A DNA stretch of 64,000 bases from Prorocentrum cordatum (lineage: Eukaryota). Position numbers and translations under genes: made by a program. A model generated the notes under the pieces. It saw only the letters and a program-made list of their open reading frames with translations, did not search any database and was not told where the DNA came from. The stretch's first letter is position 1. Each line of letters opens with the position of its first letter. This document shows positions 1 through 9,990 of this stretch, piece by piece. Location of the stretch: positions 1 through 64,000 of the forward strand of contig CAUYUJ010000045.1 in assembly GCA_963575745.1 (NCBI GenBank). The letters run 5' to 3'.

Positions 1-2946
1 AGGAGGGGGCTTTGGTAGTGTTCTGGGGCGAGAAATTGTGGGGTTGGGGGTCTTCAAAAACAGAGCTCTCCCGGGGTGGGGATGTCAGGCCAGGAGGGGG
101 GCGTTGGAAGGTTCTGGACGAGAAATTGTCGGGTGGGGGTCAAAAAAACAGAGCTCTCCCGGGGTGGGGATGTCAGGCCAGGAGGGGGGCGTTGGTAGGT
201 TCTGGGCGAGAAATTGTGGGGTGGGGGGTCCCCCCCCAAAAAAGCTCTCGAGAAATTGTGGGGTGGGGGGTCCCAAAAAAAGAGCTCTCCCTGGGTGGGG
301 ATGTCAGGCCAGGAGGAGGGCGTTGGTAGGTTCTGGGCAACAAATTGTGGGGTTGGGGGTCCCAAAAACAGAGCTCTGCCGGGGTGGGGATGTCAAGCCA
401 GGAGGGGGGCGGTGATAGGTTCTCGGCGAGAAATTGCGAGGTGGGGGGTCCCAAAAACAGAGCTCTCCCGGGGTGGGGATGTCAGGCCAGGAGGGGGAGA
501 AATTGTGGGGTGGGGGGTCCCAAGAACAGAGGTCTCCCAGGGTGAGGACGTCAGGCCAGGAGGGGGGCGTTGGTAGGTTCTGGGCGAGAAATGTGGGGTG
601 GGGGTCCCAAAGAACAGAGGTCTCCAGGGTGTGGGGTGCCAGGCAGAGAGGGGCGTTGGTAGCTCTGGGCGAGAAATGCGGAGTGGGGGGTCCCAAGAAC
701 AGAGCTCGTCCGGGGTGGGGATGTCAGGCCAGGCGGGGGGGCGTTGGTAGGTTCTGTGCGAGAAATTGCGGGGTGGTTGGTCTCTAAAACAAAGCTCTCC
801 CAGGGTGGGGATGTCAAGCCAGGAGGGGGGCGCTGGTAGGTTCTGGGCCATAAATTGTAGGGTGGGGGGTCCCAAGAACAGAGCTCTCCCGGGGTGGGGA
901 TGTCAGGCCAGGAAGGGGGGCGTTGGTAGGTTCTGGGCAAGAAATTGTGGGGTGGGGGGTCCCAAAAACAGAGCTCTCCCGGGTTGGGGATGTCAGGCCA
1001 GGAGGGGGGCGTTGGTAGAATCTGGGGGAGAAGTTGCGAGGTGGGGGGTCCCAAAAACAGAGCTCTCCCTGGGTGGGGATGTCAGGCCAGGAGGAGGGCG
1101 TTGGTAAGTTCTGGGCGAGAAATTGTTGGGTGGGGGGTCCCCAAAACAGAGCTCTCCCAGGGTGGGGATGTCAGGCCAGGAGGGGGGCGTTGGTAGGTTC
1201 TGGGCGAGAAATTGTGGGGTGGGGGGTCCCAGAGACAGAGCTCTCCCGGGGTGGGGATGTCAGGCCAGGAGGGGGGCGTGTTGGTAGGTTCTGGGCGAGA
1301 AATGGTGGGGTGGGGGGTCCCAAGAACAGAGCTCCCGGGGTGGGCTGTCAGGCCAGGCGGGGGGGGCGGCTGGTAGAATCTGTTGGGAGAAATGCGAGGT
1401 GGGGGGGGTCCCACAAACAGAAGCCCTTCCCGGGGTGGGGAGGTCAGGCCAGGAGGGAGGGCGTGTACGAGGCTCGGGCGAGAAATTTGGGGGTGGGGGG
1501 TCCCAAGAACCAGAGCTCTCCCGATGTGGATGCAGGCAGGAGGGGGGCGTCGGAAGGTTACGGGCGAGTAATTATGGGGTGGGGGGGGGGCGGGGGGTCC
1601 CCAAGACAGAGCTCCCGAAGTGAAATGCAGGGCAGGAGGGGAGCGTTGTTATGGGTTAGGGGCGAGAAATTGCGGGGTGGGGGGTCCCAAGAGCAGAGCT
1701 CCCCCGAGGTGGGGATGCCAGGTCAGGAGGGGGGCGTTGGTAGGTTCCGGGCGAGGAATTGTGGGGTGGGGGGTCCCAAAAACGGAGCTTTCCCGGGGTG
1801 GAGATGGCAGGCCAGGAGGGGGGCGTTGGTAGGTTCCGGGCGAGAAATTATGGCGTGGGGGGTCCGAAGAACAAAGCTCTCCCGAGGTGGGGATGGCAGG
1901 CCAGGAGGCGGGCGTTGGTGGGTTCCGGTGGAGACATTGTAGGGTGGGCGGTCCCAACAACAGACCTCTCCCGAGGTGTGCGCCAGGCGAGTAGGGGGGC
2001 GTTGGTAGGTTCCGTGCAAGAAATTGTGGTGTGGGGGTCCCAAGAACAGAGTCCTCCCGAGGTGGGGATGCCAGGCCAGGAGGGGGGCGTTGGTAGGTTC
2101 TGGGCGAATAATTGTGGGGTGGGGGGTCCCAGAAACAGAGCTCTCCGGGGGTGGGGATGTCAGGCCAGGAGGGGGGGTTGGTAGGTTCTGGGCGGCGGAC
2201 ATTGTGGGGTGGGGGTCCCAAAACAGAGCTCTCACGGGGTGGGGAGGTCAGGCCAGGAGGGGGCGTTGGTAGCGTTCTGGGCGAGATTGTGGGTGGGGGG
2301 TCCAAAAACAAAGCTCTCCAGGGTGGGGATGTCAGGCCAGGAGGGGGGCGTTGGCAGGTTTTCTGGGCGAGAAAATTGTTGGGTGTGGGGGGTCCCAAAA
2401 AACAGAGCTCTCCTGGGGTGGGGATGTCAGGCCAGGAGGGGGGCGTTGGAAGGTTCTGGACGAGAAATTGTCGGGTGGGGGGTCAAAAAAAAAACAGAGC
2501 TTTCCCGGGGTGGGGATGTCAGGCCAGGCGGGGGGCGTTGGTAGGTTCTGGGCGAGAAATTGTGGGGTGGGGGGTCCCCAAAAAAAAGCTCTCCCTGGGT
2601 GGGGATGTCAGGCCAGGAGGGGGGCGTTGGTAGGTTCTGGGCGAAAAATTGTCGGGTTGGGGGTCCCAAAAACAGAGCTCTGCCGGGGTGGGGATGGCAA
2701 GCCAGGAGGGGGGCGGTGATAGGTTCTCGGCGAGAAATTGCGAGGTGGGGGGTCCCAAAAACAGAGCTCTCCCGGGGTGGGGATGTCAGGCCAGGGAGAA
2801 ATTGTGGGGTGGGGGGTCCCAAGAACAGAGGTCTCCCAGGGTGAGGACGTCAGGCCAGGAGGGGGGCGTTGGTAGGTTCTGGGCGAGAAATTGTGGGGTG
2901 GGGGGTCCCAAAAACAGAGCTCTCCCGGGGTGGGGATGTCAGGCCT
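1..2946. repeat. G-rich ~89-bp tandem satellite
   Basis: Unit ~GAGAAATTGTGGGGTGGGGGGTCCCAAAAACAGAGCTCTCCCGGGGTGGGGATGTCAGGCCAGGAGGGGGGCGTTGGTAGGTTCTGGGC. ACAGAGCTCTC recurs at 1146 and 1235 (89 bp apart). The array runs off the window start. Confidence 0.95.
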
Positions 2947-2954
2947 TACTCCAT

Positions 2955-3068
2955 AGGCTGTCTTATCTTATATATTATCATACCTTGTCATATATCTTAT
3001 CTTACCTTATCATATCTTGTGATCTCTTATCTTATCTTGAAGTATCTTATATTGTCTTGTCTTATCTG
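2955..3068. repeat. Degenerate (TCTTA/TATCA)n pentamer microsatellite
   Basis: AT-rich tcttatcttatatattatcatacc... directly after the 89-bp array. Confidence 0.8.
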
Positions 3069-3194
3069 GTGATTATCATTGGGAGGAGGGAGGCGCGAGC
3101 GGGAGGAAGGAGGAAGGAGGAGCAGTGGGAGGCGTCAGAGTAATAACAAGAACCCCAATCCTTAGGATATGGGGAAAAACAAAGACAACCAACC

Positions 3195-3820
3195 AATGAA
3201 TGGGGCCAGCCGAAGGGGGCCGGCAAACGAGCACGCGGCGACCAATGCAGCCGACGGACAGACGAAAACAAACAAAGACAAAACCAGCCAGGGAATGGGG
3301 CCAGCCGAAGGGGGGGGGCAGACGAGCCCGGGGCGACCAATGCAGCCAACGGACAAGCGAAAACAAACAAGCAACGCGCAGGGAACAACAAAAAACAGGG
3401 GGCGGGGCCAACCAGAGGGGGGGGGGCGGCGGGCGAGCCCGGGGCGACCCATGCAGCCCGCGGACGGGCGAAAGCAATCCAAAGCAAAGAAAACCATCCA
3501 GGACATGGGGCCAGTCGAGGGGGGGGGGGCGCCGCAGACGAGCCCGGGGCGACCAGTGCAGCCGACGGAAAAGCGACGCCATACAGAAGCAAATAATCTC
3601 AGCCAGGAAATGTGGCCAGCCGGGAGGGGCGGCAGACGAGCCCGCCGCGACCAATGCAGCCGACGGACATGCGCAAACAAACAAACAAACAACGCGCAAA
3701 AAAAAAGCCAGGGGGCGGGGCCAGCCGAGGGGCGCGGCGGACGAGCCCAGGGCGACCAATGCGGCTGATGGACAAGCGAAAACAAACGACGCAGACAAGA
3801 TAATTCGGCCAGCCGAGGGG
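3195..3820. repeat. Degenerate ~100-bp tandem repeat
   Basis: About 6 copies of GGGCCAGCCGA-G-run...GACGAGCCCGGGGCGACCAATGCAGCCGACGGAC...AAACAAAC. Confidence 0.8.
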
Positions 3821-4094
3821 GAGGAACAACACATTGCGCATGGCGGCGAGTGACCGTTTTCGGAGCAGCAGCGCCAGCGAAACAGAGGAAACACTCACGC
3901 GTGCATGACTGTGCGCGATTGCGCTTGGCAAATCCGCGCCCGGGAAAACAGGACAACACAGGTGCCCGATTGCGTGTGATTGTTTCAAGAAAAGGAAACA
4001 TTGCACGAGGAAACAACTTAATGCGATTTAGGAAGAGAGACCCCGCCATGCACGCGCACGTACGCATTGACGCATGCACGCGCGCATACACGCA

Positions 4095-4330
4095 CACACA
4101 CACAGAGGCAACATACGTTCGCGCAGACCGCAGGAGCATGGCAGAGCAGCGCTGCATAACACAGCAGTGCCGCAGACCACCATGCAACCACGCACGCACA
4201 CACATGCACATATTCCACGCACGCGCGCGCACGCGCAAACGCACGCACGCCGCGACATATATGCGCGGTAGACCAACAACAGAGCATACTTCACATACCC
4301 ACTGGAAAAGCGACGCTTCCCGTTGTCTTG
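4095..4330 (+). repeat. Dispersed ~230-bp repeat, copy 1 (copy 2 at ~9041-9262)
   Basis: CACACAGAGGCAACATACGT...CACAGCAGTGCCGCAGACCACCATGCA...AGAGCATACTTCACATAC is shared in the same orientation by both loci. Confidence 0.85.
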
Positions 4331-4639
4331 CCCGGTCAGGTTCCGCAAAATAGCGATTTCGCTTGAGACATCCTCGCTAAAATGAGATATCCGCGGCATC
4401 GCGGCTAACAGAAACAAGTTTTCGCTCGAGACATGTTCGAACAGATGATCGTCGCGAAATTCATTCATCTGCAACACTTGCGTTTTCGCTGGGGACATCC
4501 TCAGAAAATGCCCGGCAGCACGGCGGACCAGAAACAAATTATCCCGGCAAAGCAACCTAACAGCGATGTGTAGAAGCATATCTGAAAGCATTCCCCTTAA
4601 GATTCAGATGAAAATCCAGTTGTAGAATTCTGCTGTTCT

Positions 4640-4900
4640 CGCAGTCGTAGTCGCATTCGCGATGACAGTCGCAGCGGCAACGGCAGTCGCAGTCACAGCC
4701 TCAGCCTCAGCCTGCCTCAGCCTCAGCCTCAGCCTGCCTCAGCCTCAGCCTGCCTCAGCCTCAGCCTCAGCCTGCCTTCAGCCTCAGCCTCAGCCTCTGC
4801 CTTCAGCCTCGGCCCTCAGCCTCAGCCTGCCTCAGCCTCAGCCTCAGCCTGCCTCAGGCAGCCTCAGCCTGCCTCAGCCTCAGCATCAGCCTGCCTCAGC
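4640..4900. repeat. (GTCGCA)n then (CTCAGC)n hexamer microsatellite
   Basis: Direct reading of the sequence. Confidence 0.9.
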
Positions 4901-4902
4901 AG

Positions 4903-5152
4903 CATTCAAAATGTGCCCAGGAATGGAGTTCTGGGAACTAGAAGAACACGAAGTGGCTTACAGTTGGCTCCGGGCATTCAAAATCATGCCCAGGAATGGT
5001 TCTGGGAAATCGAAGAGCACGAAGTGGCCTACAGTTGGCTCCGGGCATCCAAAATGTGGCCCGGGAATGGAGTTCTGGGAAGTCGAAGAGCACGAAGTGG
5101 CCTACAGTTGGCTCCGGGCATCCAAAATGTGGCCCGGGAATGGAGTTCTGGG
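4903..5152. repeat. ~73-bp tandem repeat, ~3.5 copies
   Basis: CCGGGCATCCAAAATGTGGCCCGGGAATGG at 5041 and 5114. Confidence 0.85.
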
Positions 5153-5759
5153 AGCACCAAGAGCGATTTTGCGAGGATGTCCCAAGCGATTTCGGCTTCG
5201 GCGGCAGCCGTTCCGGGTCCCGCCCAGACCCCCCTGAGGAGTCATGATGCTCTCTTTTGAGACCACTAGAAACCTATCAGCAAGAGCTGTTAGGTAAAAA
5301 CACTGTTGAAATGTTGCATGTCGTTAGGGACGCCCTCCAACAAATGTGACGTTCTCAACATCGTCTTGACATCGTTCTTGAAGTGCTTCAAGGGGAAGAT
5401 ATGAGAGCCCAAAAAGGACCCCAATATGGCTCCAAGAGCGCACTGATGACTGCCGAAAATGACGATTTCGCTAGGGGCATCGACGAACAGCGAACACATA
5501 CACGAGCATCGTTTTGAAAACTGCTGCTCGAACATCGTCTTGGGACTGCTTTTGAAAAGGCTTCAAGATGGCCCAAGCCAAGCTTCTAACAGTGACGATT
5601 TCGCCAGGGACATCCTCAATTATCCTGCGACGTACCCGACCCTTTCTACACAATTGGTAATTGCATTCAGGACCACTCAATACCGAAGGACATATCGGCG
5701 CCATGGTATAGTGGTGATCTGCGCATGACGTACCTCCGCTGAGCCTCCCAGAAGCCCAT

Positions 5760-6690
5760 GCGCGCCAGGTGCGCCCAGCGCGCCAGGTGCGCCAGGTGCG
5801 CCACGTGCGCCACGTGCGCCACGTGCGCCACGTGCGCCAGGTGCGCCACGCGCCAGGCGCGCCGGGTGCGCCAGATGAGCCAGGCGCGCCAGGTGCGCCA
5901 AGTGTGCGCCAGGTGTGCGCCAGGTGTGCGCCCGGTGTGCCAGGTGCGCCATGTGCGCCCAGCGCGCCAGGTGCGCCCGGTGCGCCAGCTGCGCCAGGTA
6001 CGCCAGGTGCGCCAGGCGCGCCAGGCGCGCCAGGTGCGCCAGGTGCGCCAGTGGCGCCAGGCGCGCCAGGCGCGCCAGGTGCGCCAGGTGCGCCAGGCGC
6101 GCCAGGCGCGCCAGGTGCGCCAGGTGCGCCAGGCGCGCCAAGTGAGCCAGGTGCGCCAGGTGTGCGCCAGGTGCGCCTAGCGCGCCAGGTGCGGTGCGCC
6201 AGGTGCGCGCCAGGTGCGCCAGGTGCGCCAGGTGCGACAGGCGCGCCAGGTGCGCCAGGTCTGCGCTAGGTGTGGCAGGTGCGCCAGGTGCGCCAGGCGC
6301 GCCAGGTGCGCCAGGTGCGCCAGATGCACCAGGTGTGCCAGGTGTGCGCCAGGTGCGCGCCAGGTGTGCGCCAGGTGCGCCAGTTGCACCAGGCGCGCCA
6401 GGTGCGCCAGGCGCGCCAGGCGCGCCAGGTGCGCCAGGCGCGCCAGGTGCACCTGGCGCCAGGTGCGCGCCAGGTGCGCCCAGCGCGTCAGGTGCGCCCA
6501 GCGCGCCAGGTGCGCGCCAGGTGCGCGCCAGGTGCGCGCCAGGTGCGCGCCAGGTGCGCCAGGTGCGACAGGTGCGCCAGTTGCGCCAGGTGCGTCAGGT
6601 GCGCCAGGTGCGCGCCAGGTGCGCCCAGCGCGTCAAGTGCGTCAGGTGCGCCCAGCGCGCCAGGTGCGCCAGGTGCGCGCCAGGTGTGCC
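5760..6690. repeat. (GCGCCAGGT)n 9-bp minisatellite
   Basis: About 100 imperfect copies. A partial copy of the 102-bp satellite precedes it at ~5713-5758. Confidence 0.95.
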
Positions 6691-6691
6691 A

Positions 6692-7645
6692 AGGGGGCAG
6701 GGAGGCTTCAAAGTGGTCTGCGTAAGACGTACCTCCGCTGGGCCTCCCAGGAACCCACGAAAGTGGCGACAGTAGCGCAGATCGCAACCCCGCAGGGGAC
6801 AGGGAGGCCTCAAAGTGGTCCGCGTAAGACGTACCTCCGCTGGGCCTTCCAGGAACCCACGAAAGTGGCGACAGTTGCGCAGATCGCAGCCCCGCAGGGG
6901 ACAGGGAGGCCTCAAAGTGATGTGGCGACAGTTGCGCAGATCGCAGCCCCGCAGGGGACAGGGAGGCCTTAAAGTGATCTGCGTAGGACGTACCTCCGCT
7001 GGGCCTCCCAGGAACCCACGAAAGTGGCGACAGTTGCGCAGATCGCAGCCCCGCAGGGGACAGGGAGGCCTCAAAGTGATCTGCGTAGGACGTACCTCCG
7101 CTGGGCCTCCCAGGAACCCACGAAAGTGGCGACAGTTGCGCAGATCGCAGCCCCGCAGGGGACAGGGAGGCCTCAAAGTGATCTGCGTAGGACGTACCTC
7201 CGCTGGGCCTCCCAGGAACCCGCGAAAGTGGCTACAGGTGCGCAGATCGCAGCCCCGCAGGGGACAGGGAGGCCTCAACGTGATCTGCGTAGGACGTACC
7301 TCCGCTGGGCCTCCCAGGAACCCACGAAATTGGCGACAGTTGCGCAGGTCGCAGCCCCGCAGGGGACAGGGAGGCCTCAAAGTGATCTGCGTAGGGCGTA
7401 CCTCCGCTGGGCCTCTCAGGAACCCACGAAAGTGGCGACAGGTGCGCAGATCGCAGCCCCGCAGGGGACAGGGAGGCCTCAAAGTGATCTGCGTAGGACG
7501 TACCTCCGCTGGGCCTCCCAGGAACCTGCGACAGTGGCGACAGTTGCGCAGATCGCAGCCCCGCAGGGGACAGGGAGGCCTCAAAGTGATCTGCGTAGGA
7601 CGTACCTCCTCTGGGCTGCGCAGATCGCAGCCCCGCAGGGCACCG
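6692..7645. repeat. 102-bp tandem satellite, ~9 copies
   Basis: AAAGTGGCGACAG at 7021 and 7123. The ORF track shows the matching 34-aa periodicity. Confidence 0.95.
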
Positions 7646-8089
7646 CGAACACAGGAGAGAAGAAGGAGGAGAGGGCGGGAGGTGGATACCACAGTGCTCT
7701 ATTCAAAACGAGTACCCAACACAAGGAGGGTTGGGAAAGAAAGAGATGTGTGTGGCATCACACTGGCATGCTTGGTGATGGCACCGAGGCAACCCCTATA
7801 CGAGCCCCAAGCGAGGCCGAATATGATCCCAAGAGCGCCCTCGACATTCCTCAAACTTAGCATATCGCTAGAGACTTCCTCACCAACACCAGTTGTTCGC
7901 AACACCGTCTTTCACAAACACAAGCATTTCGCTGGAGACATCCACCAGGACATGCAAACCGCGAAGTTAACAAACGTATGGAAATGGGGGTATCGCTTGA
8001 GACATCCCCGAACAAATGAAACGCTGAAAACGCTGATTGAAGACCAGGCTAAAACTGAGCTTTTCGTCTGAGACATCTTCAGAACGTGA

Positions 8090-8945
8090 GCAGGATCACG
8101 GCAGTCCAACACGCAGAAGCATGTCAGAACGAGCGAGAGCACGGCAGAACACAGGAACACGGCAGAATACACATGAGCATTGCCGAACCCAAAGAACACA
8201 CAGGAGCACGGCAGAACAAACAGGAACACGGCCGACCACACATGAATATGGCAGGACACACAGGAGCACGAGGAGCACGGCAGAACACACATAATCCATA
8301 GGAGCACGGCAGAGCACACAGGAGCACGGCAGAGCACGCAGGCGCACGGCAGAACACACAGAACACAGGAACACGGCATAACACAGGAGCACTGCAACAC
8401 ACACAGGAGCACGACAGACCACAGGAGCAGGATGAGCACGGCAGAGCACGGCAGAACAAACAGGAGCGCGGCAGAACACGCAGGAGCATGGCAGAACACA
8501 CAAAACACAGGATCACGCCATAGTGAGCAGGAGCACGGCAGAACACACAGGAGCACGGCAGAACACAGAGAAGCACAGCAGAACACAGGTGCACGGCAGA
8601 ATTGACGGCAGAACACGCAGGAGCAATCGGAGCACGGCAGAACACACAGGATCACGAGGAGCACGGCAGAACACACACACACACACACACACACACAAAA
8701 CACATAGGAGCACGGCAGAACACACAGGAGCATGGCAGAACACATGGGAACGCGGCAGGTCACACAAGACACATAGGAGCACGGCAGAACAAGCAGCCGT
8801 TCGACAGAACACCCAGGAGCACGGCAAAACACAGGAACATTGCAGAACACATATGATCACGGCAGAGCAGGACCATGGCAGAACACAGGAACACGGCAGA
8901 GCACACAGGAGCACGGCATAACACGCAGGAGCACGGCAGAACACA
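8090..8945. repeat. ~20-bp minisatellite (CACGGCAGAACACACAGGAG)n
   Basis: Dozens of imperfect copies interspersed with (CA)n. Confidence 0.9.
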
Positions 8946-9040
8946 CATAACATCTATTCACATAGCCGCACCCGCATATAGGCACACGCACACAGGCACG
9001 CGCACACGCACACACAGGCACATACACACGCACAAACGCA

Positions 9041-9262
9041 CACACAGAGGCAACATACGTGCACGCAGTCCGCAGGAACACGGCAGAGCAGCACTGCATC
9101 ACACAGCAGTGCCGCAGACCACCATGCATTGACACACATGCACACGTTCCACGCACGCGCATGCGCAAACGCACGCACGCCGCGTCAATCTGCGCGGCAG
9201 ACCAACAGCAGAGCATACTTCACATACGTAGTGGACAAAAGCGACGGTTCCCGTTCTTCTTT
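9041..9262 (+). repeat. Dispersed ~230-bp repeat, copy 2
   Basis: Homologous to 4095-4330. Confidence 0.85.
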
Positions 9263-9353
9263 GGCCAGTCTCATGTTCAAAGTACACGACATTCGCTTAC
9301 GACATTTCGGGGCAACCCAGATGTCAGACCTGCTCCGGTGATTGAGCGAGATA

Positions 9354-9666
9354 GGTAAATCTGCTCCTCTCCGCCTCATCTTGCACTTGCCTCTCTTGCT
9401 GCCTTCCTTGCCACGCCCTGACACTGCGGCTTTGTACCGCAGCTGTTTGTACTTACAGGGTAGAAAAGGAGCGCGCCTGCCCTCGGCCGCCGCGCGTCGT
9501 CGGTCGTCGGCCGGCCGGCCTCCTCCCTTCCCACTCCTCAGTACAATTGCTTGACGGCGACTTTTAGTTTCATCGATGTCTCATCCCGTGTCCTCTACTA
9601 CTGAGCAGAGTCAACCCAAGATTTTACTACCTTTGTCATCTTACCCCGATTCTCAGAGGAAAGACT
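9354..9666 (+). repeat. 5' LTR
   Basis: Ungapped alignment to 31865-32172 at offset 22510, with 26 mismatches in 308 nt by hand count. A 2-nt indel lies just before the terminal ACT. Confidence 0.92.
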
Positions 9667-9680
9667 GGTTATCAGCCGAA
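9667..9680 (+). promoter_or_regulatory. Putative primer-binding site (GGTTATCAGCCGAA)
   Basis: Immediately follows the 5' LTR and is absent after the 3' LTR. Resembles half-tRNA PBSs (GGTTATG...) of copia/Ty5-type elements. Confidence 0.6.
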
Positions 9681-9990
9681 ACCCGCGACCAAGTCGCAAC
9701 AGGGATGAGCTATGATGAGACAGCCGAATTGCCCGTCAGAGCCGAGCTCGCATCACAAGTTGTACAACATGACGGGCAATAATCACAGGACGGCGGCCCG
9801 GGGAAGGGCCGCCCTCCCTCTTCTTCTATCGCCACTCGGGTCTCTCGTGGGAGGAGGAGGGGAAAAAGTTACAGATTTGTCCAGAGACGATTCCCCTTCT
9901 CGGATTCCGATCGGCGATCGTGAACAAACTCCAGACCCGACGAGGCGGGACGGCACAACAGCAAAGATATGATGAGGAGCATTCTCGTCG

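Noticed and set aside
1380..2060. Distinct sub-family within the 89-bp satellite
   Set aside because: The variation is dominated by homopolymer indels and scattered substitutions, which may be long-read consensus error.
5758..6972. Collagen-like (PGA)n ORFs
   Set aside because: They are a by-product of a 9-bp minisatellite that is open in multiple frames on both strands, with no unique coding context.
4358..8080. CRISPR-like repeat-spacer appearance
   Set aside because: The boxes are short and degenerate, arrays have only 3-4 units, there are no cas genes, and the context is eukaryotic.
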